NCBI GenBank assembly: GCA_038279365.1
Contig: JAYODI010000001.1
Coordinates: 1-64,000, forward strand
Length of the DNA: 64,000 bases
Direction: 5' to 3'
Source: Candidatus Latescibacterota bacterium
GTDB lineage: Bacteria; Latescibacterota; UBA2968
Shown: piece after piece, positions 18,793 to 28,233 of the stretch
Layout: the number at the start of each line of letters is the position of its first letter
Position numbering within the stretch: the first letter of the stretch is position 1
Made by a program: the position numbers and the translations under genes
Notes under the pieces: generated by a model
What the model saw: only the letters and a program-made list of their open reading frames with translations
What the model was told of the DNA's origin: nothing
The model's database searches: none

Positions 18793-20379
18793 TTGGCCAA
18801 TAACGATCTCAAAGCCCAAGTTGACAATCTGATTCGTATCGGTACGGCTTTGTCGAGTGAAACCGATATTGATGTGTTGTTGGAAATGATTGTGGATGAA
18901 TCTCGGCGGTTTACAGGTGCCGACGCCGGTACGCTGTATAGCGTGAGTGACGATGGACATTTTTTAGATTGGAAGATCGCACACAACGATACGTTGGGGT
19001 CGCGCATGGGCGGAACCAGTGGTGTGCCTGTCACTTTGCCACCTGTGCCATTGATTGTAGATGGGCAAATGAATCTGCAAAATGTGTCGGCCTATGTGGG
19101 CAACACGGGTGAAACGGTCAATATTCCCGATGTGTATGAGGCCGAAGGGTTCGACTTTTCGGGGCCTCGGCGATATGATGAGGCAACTGGGTATCGGTCT
19201 ATGTCGATGTTGGTGGTTTCATTGCGCAATCACGAAGGGGATATTATTGGTGTTTTGCAATTGCTCAATGCCAAAGATGGCGATCAGGTGATTCCGTTTT
19301 CTTCTGATTATGAAGCGTTTATTACAGCTTTGGCATCGCAGGCGGCGGTGGCCATTACCAATGCGCGGTTGATTCGCGATTTGTCTCGTCTGTTCGACGC
19401 GTTTATCCAAACCACAGCGGCAGCCATTGACGAAAAGTCACCCTATACTGCTGGGCATGTGCGCCGTGTTGCCAAGTTGACCATGATGATTGCAGAGAGT
19501 ATTGGTCAGACCGATCATGGTATTTGGAAGTATATTCATTTTTCCCCCGAAGAATTGGAAGAATTGCGCATTGCCGCTTGGATGCACGATGTGGGCAAGA
19601 TGACCACACCAGAATATGTGGTGGACAAAGCCACCAAGTTGGAAACCATTTATGACCGTGTTGAAACGGTAAAAACGCGCTATGAAATTTTTAAACGCGA
19701 TGTAGAAATTGCGGCTTTAAAAGAAAAATTGAAAGTGGCACAAATACCTGAAAGTGATGAAAGGCTCAAGCAAATAGATCATTGGGCACAAGAACAAATG
19801 GTAGAAATTCTGGCCGAACGTGATTTTATTATGAAGTGCAATACGGGTGGTGAATTTATGGATGATGATGACATCCAGCGTTTACAAGATATTGCCGCAC
19901 GTCGTTTTGAAATAGATGGCCAACCCCAACCGCGTTTGACAGAAAATGAGGTGTATAATCTATCTATTCGCAAAGGCACGCTCACGCAAGAAGAACGTCA
20001 GGTCATTAACAACCATGCGGCGGTGAGCATTAAGATGTTGTCTCAGTTGCCTTTTTCCAAAAAGTTACAACGCGTGCCCGAATATGCGGGCGGGCATCAC
20101 GAAAAACTCAATGGCGAAGGATATCCTCTCAAGTTGCGGGCCGATCAACTGCCTTTGCAAGCCCGCATTTTGGCAGTGGCCGATATTTTTGAAGCATTGA
20201 CGGCATCTGACCGCCCCTATCGCAAACCCATGCCTTTGTCACAGGCATTAAAGATTATGGGTTTTATGGTGAAAGATGGAGAGTTGGATGTGAAGATTGT
20301 TGATTTGGTACAAGAGAATGGCGTTTTGTTAAAATATGCGCAGGAAGAGTTGATAGAAGAACAGATGGATGTGGGATAG
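18793..20379 (+). CDS. GAF + HD-GYP domain phosphodiesterase
   Basis: N-terminal GAF (NIPDVY…FD…Y.S.SML…GVLQLLN). YTAGHV, HDVGK, HHEKLNGEGYP, ADIFEAL..DRPY. Confidence 0.9.
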   Translation: MANNDLKAQVDNLIRIGTALSSETDIDVLLEMIVDESRRFTGADAGTLYSVSDDGHFLDWKIAHNDTLGSRMGGTSGVPVTLPPVPLIVDGQMNLQNVSAYVGNTGETVNIPDVYEAEGFDFSGPRRYDEATGYRSMSMLVVSLRNHEGDIIGVLQLLNAKDGDQVIPFSSDYEAFITALASQAAVAITNARLIRDLSRLFDAFIQTTAAAIDEKSPYTAGHVRRVAKLTMMIAESIGQTDHGIWKYIHFSPEELEELRIAAWMHDVGKMTTPEYVVDKATKLETIYDRVETVKTRYEIFKRDVEIAALKEKLKVAQIPESDERLKQIDHWAQEQMVEILAERDFIMKCNTGGEFMDDDDIQRLQDIAARRFEIDGQPQPRLTENEVYNLSIRKGTLTQEERQVINNHAAVSIKMLSQLPFSKKLQRVPEYAGGHHEKLNGEGYPLKLRADQLPLQARILAVADIFEALTASDRPYRKPMPLSQALKIMGFMVKDGELDVKIVDLVQENGVLLKYAQEELIEEQMDVG

Positions 20380-20410
20380 GGTATTGAGAGGTGAGGACGT
20401 TGGATTTCAG

Positions 20411-20444
20411 AAAAAAGCGTGGTGCTTAATGCACCACGCTTTTT
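20411..20444. terminator. Bidirectional intrinsic terminator
   Basis: AAAAAAGCGTGGTGC-ttaat-GCACCACGCTTTTT between convergent genes. Confidence 0.8.
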
Positions 20445-21051
20445 ATATATAAGCTTGAAGGGTGTCTGATGTAATGATGCCTTCGCGGAGTATTTGGGGT
20501 GTGTTTGTTGAGATGTCGAGAACAGTGGATGTTTGTGACTGGGGAGAAGGACCACCATCGAGAATGATGTCCAAATGATTTCCCAATTGGGCATCTGCTT
20601 CTATGGCCGATTGGGCGGGCGGGGCTCCAGATCGGTTTGCACTGGTGCTGGTGAGTGGCCCCTGGAGGGTTTCGACAAGTGATTGGGCAATGGGCGCACT
20701 GGAATGGCGCAAGGCAATGGTGTCTCTGCCACCAAGGAGTTCTTTGGGGAGTTTGTGATGGGCTTTAAAAATAAGTGTGAGTGGGCCTGGCCAAAATGTG
20801 TCGATAAGTGACTGTGCGATGGCGGGAATTTCGGTTGTGAGAGCGGGTAAGTCTTGGGGACCACGAATGAGCACAATGAGGGCTTTTTCGGCATCCCGCC
20901 CTTTGGCTGTAAAGAGGCGTGATAGGGCTTGGCGATTGAATGGATCAACACCCAAGCCATACACCGTTTCGGTGGGGTAAGCAATGAGGCCACCCTGCTT
21001 AATACATTCGGACGCTTGAAGAATTGTGTGTGCTGTTGAGGCGAGGATCAT
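20443..21051 (-). CDS. tsaC: L-threonylcarbamoyladenylate synthase (Sua5/YrdC)
   Basis: YPTETVYGLG, KGR, FWPGPLTL, TSANRSG, STVLD. Confidence 0.92.
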   Translation of the reverse strand: MILASTAHTILQASECIKQGGLIAYPTETVYGLGVDPFNRQALSRLFTAKGRDAEKALIVLIRGPQDLPALTTEIPAIAQSLIDTFWPGPLTLIFKAHHKLPKELLGGRDTIALRHSSAPIAQSLVETLQGPLTSTSANRSGAPPAQSAIEADAQLGNHLDIILDGGPSPQSQTSTVLDISTNTPQILREGIITSDTLQAYI

Positions 21052-21060
21052 GTGCGGTTA

Positions 21061-24000
21061 TTACGGACGAACAATGGCTTGGTTGGTTTCGAAGGCTCTT
21101 GCAAACAGGATGAAGTCACCTAAGTTGATGAGGCCATCGCTGTTGAGGTCAAAACGTGTATCGGTTTTTCCAAAGGCATTCACAAAGAGTAAGAAGTCGG
21201 CAAAGTCCAGCTTGTTGTCAGCATTAAAGTCGGCTGATTTTTCTGTTGGATTAAAGATGTTGGGGAGATCAAATTGGATCGACAACTCTCTGATTCTGTG
21301 ATTGGAACGATCTGCGATCAATACAGTGCCTGTGGGACCAATGGCAAGGCCAGTTGGGTTGTTGAGGCTTACGGCCAGTGCGCCACCTTCTTCAAGGTCG
21401 AGTGTGCCTTGGCCCGTTCCGGCAACGGTTTGAATGAGTCCTGTGCTGAGGTTGAGCAAACGGATACGTTGATTGCCCGTATCGGCAATATAGAGATTGT
21501 TTTGATCAACGGCCAAACCTTGTGGGCTATCGAGATCGGCCAAGGTGCCAGAGCCACCATCGCCACCAAACCGGCCAATGCCTGTGCCTGCAATGGTGGT
21601 GATGATACCATTTGTATCGACCATGCGAACGCGATTATTTTGCGTATCAGCAATAAAGACGCGTCCCAAACTGTCTACGGCTACGGATGAAATGCGGCTG
21701 AGTCTGGCCAATGAGGCTGGGCCACCATCACCTGAAAAACCGTCTGTGTCGGGGCTGCCTGTTCCTGCAAATGTGGTGATGATGCCATTGGTATCGATTT
21801 TGCGAACACGTCTGTTAAAACTGTCGGCAATGTAAATATTGCCTTGTCGATCTGTTGCAACACCCAGTGGACGGCTGATATTGGCATTGATTGCTGGACC
21901 ATTGTCACCACCAAATTGGGCCACACCAGTACCCACAATGGTGGTAATGGTGTCGTTTTGGACACGCCTTATCACTTGACCACCTGCTTCACTGATGATG
22001 AGATTATTTGTGGGAGTAAATGTAATGCCTTGTGGCGTGGCTACTGTGGCATCGCTTGCAGGGCCACCATCACCACCAGATGAACCAATAGCCGAACCGA
22101 TAATGGTGAGGATGTTGCCTGTTGTGCTATTTATTTGGCGAATGCGGTTGTTACCTGTATCGGCAATATAGATATTTCCTTGGGAATCTGCTAAAACATC
22201 ACTTGGCAATTGCAATGCGGCTTCTGTGGCAAGGCCACCATCGCCTGAAAACCCACCCAAAAATCCAGAACCCGCAATGGTGCGCATGGTGAGGGCGTCT
22301 TCGCCAATGGGTTTGATCAGTTCAATGTTTACTTGGCCAGCGATAAGTCCTGATGATTGGGCAGAAATTGTGACCCGACCTGGTGTTTGGCCTGCGCGAT
22401 ATCGTGCGGTGGCAATACCGTCTTTGATAGCAATGGAGTCACCCCCAACAAATATGCCATCGCCAGTTATGATGCGAAATTGAATGGCACGGTTGCTAAT
22501 GAGCACACGTTTGTTTTCGGCATTTAAAACGGTGGCTGTGAGTATGGCTTCCGATACACCATTGGCCAACAAGTTGGTGGGGTTGGCTTCAAGTAAAATT
22601 TTTGCAGGGGGCAGAGGTTGTTGTTCTGTAATGGACAGCGTTTGATTAACTCTGAGATTGTCTTCTGTGCCAATAAATTGTTGTACGATACCAGACGGCC
22701 AGCGCAATGTGAGGATGTCTATTTGTTCAGCCGTGTTGACGCCAATGAGGATGTTGCGCGCATTTTGAGAGAGGTAAGATGAGCCGCCACTGATTTCTCT
22801 GATGGCTTGTTGACCATTGTTATAGCTGAACTCCAAACGCAATCCAATGGCATCTATGCCCGTTTCTGTGGCGATGGGTTGAATGTTTAACCAGTTGCCA
22901 TTGGCTTCGCGGTTTTTGAAGAGCAGGTCGGCACCGTTTTGTACGGCCACATAAATATCAAGCCCACCATCGCCATCATAATCGGCAACAGCAAGCCCAC
23001 GGCTGTCTACATTTGAAGCCAAGCCCAAGGTGTCGGCTTCTTCGGTAAAGATGCGAAAGCCCGATTGGTCGATGTTGCGATAATAAAGGTTGGGTTGGCC
23101 ACTGTTGGTGACATAGAGGTCGAGATAACCGTCGTTGTTAAAATCACCCCATACCACACCGCGACCTCGGCCTTCATCAAGTAAGCTGGTGTTGCGGGCA
23201 TTTTCTTGAAAGACATTGTTGTTGTTGATGTAAAACCGATTGGGTGCATTGAAGTAGGTGACGAATAAATCTAAGTCACCATCATTTTCATAATCGCCCC
23301 AAGCCGCTCCAAAGCTGGGACCATTGTCTGCTGGGGTCAATTGGTTGCTGATCAAGGTGAATTTGCCATTGTCGTTGCGAAACAGTTTGTCGGGGCCACT
23401 GTTGGCCAAAAAGAGGTCTAAGTCACCGTCATTATCATAATCGGCCCAAGCGGGTTGGATGCTGCTTTCGGTGTCAGTTAAGCCCAAACTGTCTGTGTAT
23501 TCGGTGAATGTGTTGCCATCGTTGCGATAGTAGTGGTTGGTGCCAAAGTTGGCCACATAGAGGTCGAGGTCGCCATCTTTATCGGTATCTGCCCAAGCGG
23601 CACCGTGCCCATCACCACTGTCGTCAATGCCAAGTGATGCGGCGATTTCGGTGAATGTGTTGCCATCGTTGCGGTAGTAGCGATTGGGTTGCCCAAAGTT
23701 GGTGATGTAGAGATCGAGGTCGCCATCGTTGTCAATGTCACCCCAAATGCCCGAACTGCCATCACCACTGTCGTCAATGCCAAGTGATGTGGCCATTTCG
23801 GTGAATGTGTTGCCGTCGTTGCGATAGTAGCGATTGGGTTGAAAACTGCGTACGAGATACAGATCGGGTTTGTTGTCGTTGTTGACATCGGCCCACGACG
23901 CACCAAAACCCGCACCGGTATCTCCCAAAGCCAGATCTGGGGCCACATTGATAAAACCACCCGGTTGGGCGCGTTGACCAATGCCTTGTAAGTTGATGGT

Positions 24001-25764
24001 GATAGTGGGGGTAGATGGGGCATTGGTAAAGAGGGTGAGAACGGCATTTTGTGTGTCTTCAACTGTGGGGCGAAAGGTGATGTTTAAATTTTGAAAGCCA
24101 CCCGAGGTAACGCGCAACGGATCGGTGAGTTGGGCTACAAATTGGGAATCTGTGCTTGTGGCTTGGCGAATAACAAGCGTACCTGCACCAATGTTGGCCA
24201 CACGAACAGAGGCTGTAGATATTTGACCGATAAATGTGCGGTCAAATGTGATGCGGTCGTTGGGGAACAATGTAATTTGAGGGGCTTCACCTTGGCCTGT
24301 CACATTAAATGTGGCCGCGGGCGTTCGAGGGTCATCGGTTGTGATGGTGATGATGCCATCTGCAATTCCTTCACCCAAAGGATCAAATTGCACTTCGATT
24401 TGCGCAATTTGTGAAACACCAATTTGAAAGGGCAAAGGTGTCACCACACGAAATGCCGTGTTGTTGGATGTGCTGGATTGGATATTGACAGGCAAGTTCC
24501 CACGGTTTTGAACTTCTAAAGTACGTGTTACTGGGTCACCGAAGCTTACTCTCTCAAAGTTAATATTTGTTGTGTTGGTTACAAACAGCGGTGTGCGATA
24601 GCGTGCATTAAACAATTTGCGAATGCGGTGGTTCCCTGTGTCTACAAAAATAAGATCGCCATTTGCATCCACAAGTACACGAGATGGTGAAGCAAGGTCA
24701 GAGCGCAAGCCGAGTTCATTTTCTGGGCCCGTGCCAATAGCACCTGTACCGGCAAGTGTAAATACATTCCCCGACACGGCATCTACTACGCGAATGCGAT
24801 GGTTACCCGTATCTGCGATGTAGATGTTGCCATCTACATCCAATACGACACCAGCAGGCGCAAAAAATAAGGCCTGATTGGCAAGGCCACCATCGCCTTT
24901 GAATAGGGCATCGAGTTGGCCGATATCGCTGGCCAGTTGTTCGGCCTGGGTAGGATTGCGACCTGCTACCGTGGCAATACCACTTGTAGAATCAGATGTG
25001 GCAAAAACACGACGGATCTTACCATTGTTAAAGTCTGCAATGTAAATGCTAAAGTCTGGGCCAAATGCGAGTTGTTCTGGCGTAAGGCCTGCCAATACGG
25101 GTGAGCCACCGCTTGCGACACCGGTTTCATTGGCACTGCCATTGCCTGCTAATGCAAAAATTTCACCTGTGCTCAATACCATTTGTCTGACACGGTTGTT
25201 GCCCTGTCCGTTGGCATCAATACCGTCAGAGATGAATAAACGCCCCCCGCCCACAAGCAGCGCCGTAATTTCGCCAAAGGTAGCATCTATGGCCGGGCCA
25301 CCATTGCCAGAGAAACCGCGTGCTCCTGTGCCTGCTATGGTCGTAATGACACCTGTGGGCGTGACGCGACGAATACGGCGGTTTTCCGTGTCACCAATAT
25401 AAATGGTGCCGTCGTTGTCTACGGCAACGGCCGAGGGTCTGTTGAGTTGTGCTTGGGTGGCAGGTCCACCATCACCTGCAAAACCGGCGGTGCCAGTACC
25501 GGCCACCGTGGTGATATTGCCCGTGGTGATATCGACACGGCGAATGCGGTGGTTTTGTGAATCGGCAATGTAAATGTTGCCCTGTATATCCAGCGATATG
25601 CCAAGGGGAAGGTTGAGCCCTACGTTTGTGGCGGGAATGTTTTCGCCTTCTTGCGAGCCACCACCGGCAATGGTCACAATGGTACCGGGGGCTTGTGCTT
25701 GGGTTATGGTGGGCAAAATGATGCCCGCCAACAAGACGAATAGAGATATTTTGAAATAGCGCAT
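21061..25764 (-). CDS. Large secreted multidomain protein: NHL propeller + 2 Ig-like (choice-of-anchor D-like) + FG-GAP/CRTAC1 + ASPIC/UnbV-like + Big-1-like + NHL propeller + dockerin-like
   Basis: Signal peptide MRYFK…TQA. Repeated IYIADTGNxRIR / TIAGTG..GDGG. Repeated W(A/G)D.DNDGDLDLY. GGSSYLSQN…WPSG. C-terminal ADFNADNKLDFADF…DLNSDGLINLGDF. Confidence 0.88.
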   Translation of the reverse strand: MRYFKISLFVLLAGIILPTITQAQAPGTIVTIAGGGSQEGENIPATNVGLNLPLGISLDIQGNIYIADSQNHRIRRVDITTGNITTVAGTGTAGFAGDGGPATQAQLNRPSAVAVDNDGTIYIGDTENRRIRRVTPTGVITTIAGTGARGFSGNGGPAIDATFGEITALLVGGGRLFISDGIDANGQGNNRVRQMVLSTGEIFALAGNGSANETGVASGGSPVLAGLTPEQLAFGPDFSIYIADFNNGKIRRVFATSDSTSGIATVAGRNPTQAEQLASDIGQLDALFKGDGGLANQALFFAPAGVVLDVDGNIYIADTGNHRIRVVDAVSGNVFTLAGTGAIGTGPENELGLRSDLASPSRVLVDANGDLIFVDTGNHRIRKLFNARYRTPLFVTNTTNINFERVSFGDPVTRTLEVQNRGNLPVNIQSSTSNNTAFRVVTPLPFQIGVSQIAQIEVQFDPLGEGIADGIITITTDDPRTPAATFNVTGQGEAPQITLFPNDRITFDRTFIGQISTASVRVANIGAGTLVIRQATSTDSQFVAQLTDPLRVTSGGFQNLNITFRPTVEDTQNAVLTLFTNAPSTPTITINLQGIGQRAQPGGFINVAPDLALGDTGAGFGASWADVNNDNKPDLYLVRSFQPNRYYRNDGNTFTEMATSLGIDDSGDGSSGIWGDIDNDGDLDLYITNFGQPNRYYRNDGNTFTEIAASLGIDDSGDGHGAAWADTDKDGDLDLYVANFGTNHYYRNDGNTFTEYTDSLGLTDTESSIQPAWADYDNDGDLDLFLANSGPDKLFRNDNGKFTLISNQLTPADNGPSFGAAWGDYENDGDLDLFVTYFNAPNRFYINNNNVFQENARNTSLLDEGRGRGVVWGDFNNDGYLDLYVTNSGQPNLYYRNIDQSGFRIFTEEADTLGLASNVDSRGLAVADYDGDGGLDIYVAVQNGADLLFKNREANGNWLNIQPIATETGIDAIGLRLEFSYNNGQQAIREISGGSSYLSQNARNILIGVNTAEQIDILTLRWPSGIVQQFIGTEDNLRVNQTLSITEQQPLPPAKILLEANPTNLLANGVSEAILTATVLNAENKRVLISNRAIQFRIITGDGIFVGGDSIAIKDGIATARYRAGQTPGRVTISAQSSGLIAGQVNIELIKPIGEDALTMRTIAGSGFLGGFSGDGGLATEAALQLPSDVLADSQGNIYIADTGNNRIRQINSTTGNILTIIGSAIGSSGGDGGPASDATVATPQGITFTPTNNLIISEAGGQVIRRVQNDTITTIVGTGVAQFGGDNGPAINANISRPLGVATDRQGNIYIADSFNRRVRKIDTNGIITTFAGTGSPDTDGFSGDGGPASLARLSRISSVAVDSLGRVFIADTQNNRVRMVDTNGIITTIAGTGIGRFGGDGGSGTLADLDSPQGLAVDQNNLYIADTGNQRIRLLNLSTGLIQTVAGTGQGTLDLEEGGALAVSLNNPTGLAIGPTGTVLIADRSNHRIRELSIQFDLPNIFNPTEKSADFNADNKLDFADFLLFVNAFGKTDTRFDLNSDGLINLGDFILFARAFETNQAIVRP
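23501..23841. repeat. Near-identical intragenic direct repeats (FG-GAP units, about 150-bp period)
   Basis: 23609-23691 and 23759-23841 differ at 4 of 83 nt; third partial copy at 23501-23533. Confidence 0.8.
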
Positions 25765-25860
25765 AGATAAGCAACAAATCATAAATGATGAAAGATGGGC
25801 AAAAAAGTTTTTTGCCCAATAGAATTTGAACGCCTGTTGTTGTGGCTGGTTGCGTTTGTT

Positions 25861-26931
25861 TTATTTGCCCAAATACAAATCGCGACCGCGTTTGAGGGCG
25901 GCAATTTTGCGATCGGCAACGGAGCGTTTGAGCATCCAAAAACCACAGTCAGGGTGAATGTAGGTGATGCGTCCTGCACCGACTTCTTTTTCGGCCTTTT
26001 CAAGTCGTTTGGCAATTTCATCGGCAGTTTCTACATGGTTGACTTTGATGTCTACCACACCAATGCCCAGTTTGATGCGTGGATCAATTTCTTTGAGGGC
26101 GATGAGGTCGTCATCGGGGCGATGGGCCAATTCGAGCACGAGGTGATCGGTGTGCAATTCGTTTAAGAAATTGACCAATGCACGCCAGGTACCGTCTTGA
26201 ATGGTTTGTCCACCGTAGTTGCCAAAACAAAAGTGAACGGCTTTTTCTACATCTTTATCAATGGCGTCGAGCACCACGTTGATGGCTTTGGCGGCAATAG
26301 GAGCGTCTTCAGGGTTGCCCGGAATGTTGGCTTCGTCTACTTGCACGCAGGCACAGGGCAAATCGCGCACCTGATCGGCCAATACATTGGCAACGCCCAT
26401 GAGCAAGCCTTCAAAGTCACCATAGTGATTGTCTAAGAGGGTGCGGGCAAGCATATAGGGGCTTGTGAGGGTAAACTTAAATGGACCACCAGCAACTGTT
26501 GCCGCACGCACACAGTCTGAGAGCAGGTCGAGAGAGCCTTCGGTCAGTTCCGAATCGACAACGGCGGCGGGTTTGGCACGAAAGCCCATGGTTTGTTTTT
26601 TGCGAAAGGTTTCGACTTCACTTCGGCCAAAGTTTGTACGTGTGCCCCCCATTGGGGCCACAAAGTATTCAATCATGCCATTGGTTTCGGGGTGGCTGAT
26701 GTCGAAACGATACATTTCGCCGTCGGTGGGTAAATCAATGCCCGCTTGGCGTTGGGTGTCAAAAATGACGCGGGTGGCATCTACAACGGCGGTTTCGCTG
26801 GGTGCTGCTACGAGCCATTCTGGCAAAGGATAAGACCCCACCGTTGTTGTAAGAATCGATGGTTCTGTAGGGATTTTTTGAGTGGTTTTAAGTGCGTTTA
26901 CTGCGGGGGGGGCTACAGATGCTTCAGACAT
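25861..26931 (-). CDS. Cobalamin-independent methionine synthase II family (MetE catalytic domain only)
   Basis: VGSYP, TDGE, QVDE; Zn ligands HFC (HxC), E and PDCG. Confidence 0.85.
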   Translation of the reverse strand: MSEASVAPPAVNALKTTQKIPTEPSILTTTVGSYPLPEWLVAAPSETAVVDATRVIFDTQRQAGIDLPTDGEMYRFDISHPETNGMIEYFVAPMGGTRTNFGRSEVETFRKKQTMGFRAKPAAVVDSELTEGSLDLLSDCVRAATVAGGPFKFTLTSPYMLARTLLDNHYGDFEGLLMGVANVLADQVRDLPCACVQVDEANIPGNPEDAPIAAKAINVVLDAIDKDVEKAVHFCFGNYGGQTIQDGTWRALVNFLNELHTDHLVLELAHRPDDDLIALKEIDPRIKLGIGVVDIKVNHVETADEIAKRLEKAEKEVGAGRITYIHPDCGFWMLKRSVADRKIAALKRGRDLYLGK

Positions 26932-27039
26932 AACAACTCCTCGTAAATAATCTGGTTATCAGATAGGATGACAATAAAGGTAAGAGCAAAAGCTAACAAG
27001 ACTTAGGCATTGAGGAAAGCAAAAAAGCACCCCAATATA

Positions 27040-28233
27040 TTATGCTTCTTTTTTGGTGTGTAAATCGGTTTTGATGGCGTCGAGTTTGGCACGGTTTTCG
27101 GGGGTGAGATTGTTGATGGCCTCAAAGATAAATGCCAACAAACTGCTCAAAATAAGGCTTAACGCCCCAGCAATGGCAACCATCATGGCGCGTGCGGGTT
27201 TGCTGCGTACATCGGGTGGGCGTGCTGGGTCGAGTATCACAACCGTGGTGGTTTCTTTTTCTTCTTCAAATCGCGTTTTTTCATATTCTTGTTTGATAAA
27301 TTGATAAATGACATTTTGAATTTCCACATCGCGCAAAAGTTGTAGGGTTTCAAGGCCTAATTTGGGAATTTCGTGGAAGGGTTTAAAGATGTCGGGTAAG
27401 GGTTGCGAAGTGGTTTGCAAGGTAGAATCGTTTTGTCCCATGAGCAAGTTATTAAGCGCTTTGTCGGTGGCTTGAATTTCTAAGTTGAGTCTTTGTATTT
27501 CGGGGTGATCAGGTGATAAGAGTTGGGCCTTGATATCGCGTTCGATAATAAGGTCAACAAACAAACCGATGGAATTGGAAGCACTCTCAATTTGGGCTTT
27601 GGCTTGGGCCTCTATGTCGATGACCATGTTTTCTTTTTGAAACTTGTTGTAGCGCAATTCGGCTTTGAGCATGTCATCTTCGGCCCGTTGGAGGCGGTTT
27701 TCAAGATATGTTCGATAGGTGTGAATTTGATCGCGGTTGCGTTCTTTAAGTGCTTTTTCCAATTCTTCCACAAAGGCATTGGTGATGTCTGCCGATTTTT
27801 GTGGGGTTTCTGCTTCGTAAGATATGGATAAAAATTGCTCACGCGAGAGTTCGACATGGAGTTTTTCAAGCACTTGGTCGAGAAGTTCACTTTGATGGGC
27901 GGGTTGGTATTGTTCGGCAAGGTTGAACCGTTTGGCAATCGACAAGCGCACCCGCTCGCTTTCGATGATGGGCACAAACTCGGTGGCCGATGCTGTGGTA
28001 CTGCCCAAACTGCCCAACAGACTGCTTTGCAAATCGCCCAATAAAGCAGAAAGCCCCAAACCACTTTGTGCATCTTGGGGGGGATAAACGATGGCGGTTG
28101 CACGGTAGACTTTGGGTAAAATGAGCGATATGATGGCTGTGATGGTCACCACGACCAAAAAGCTGGTGATGATCATGCGTCGCCAGCGTACCAAAATGCG
28201 AATGAGGTCTAAGATATTGCGTTCGTTTTCCAT
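27040..28233 (-). CDS. Wzz/GumC-type polysaccharide chain-length determinant (co-polymerase)
   Basis: N-terminal TM + LPKVY.ATA, periplasmic coiled coil, VVILDPARPP..SKP + C-terminal TM; no kinase domain. Confidence 0.85.
   Translation of the reverse strand: MENERNILDLIRILVRWRRMIITSFLVVVTITAIISLILPKVYRATAIVYPPQDAQSGLGLSALLGDLQSSLLGSLGSTTASATEFVPIIESERVRLSIAKRFNLAEQYQPAHQSELLDQVLEKLHVELSREQFLSISYEAETPQKSADITNAFVEELEKALKERNRDQIHTYRTYLENRLQRAEDDMLKAELRYNKFQKENMVIDIEAQAKAQIESASNSIGLFVDLIIERDIKAQLLSPDHPEIQRLNLEIQATDKALNNLLMGQNDSTLQTTSQPLPDIFKPFHEIPKLGLETLQLLRDVEIQNVIYQFIKQEYEKTRFEEEKETTTVVILDPARPPDVRSKPARAMMVAIAGALSLILSSLLAFIFEAINNLTPENRAKLDAIKTDLHTKKEA

Noticed and set aside
23501-23841. Regularly spaced near-identical repeats as a CRISPR array
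   Set aside because: They are in-frame coding FG-GAP units with a 147-150-bp period, not repeat-spacer units, and no cas genes are present.
26932-27039. SAM or cobalamin riboswitch upstream of the MetE-like gene
   Set aside because: The region is short and I see no recognisable conserved riboswitch motifs.
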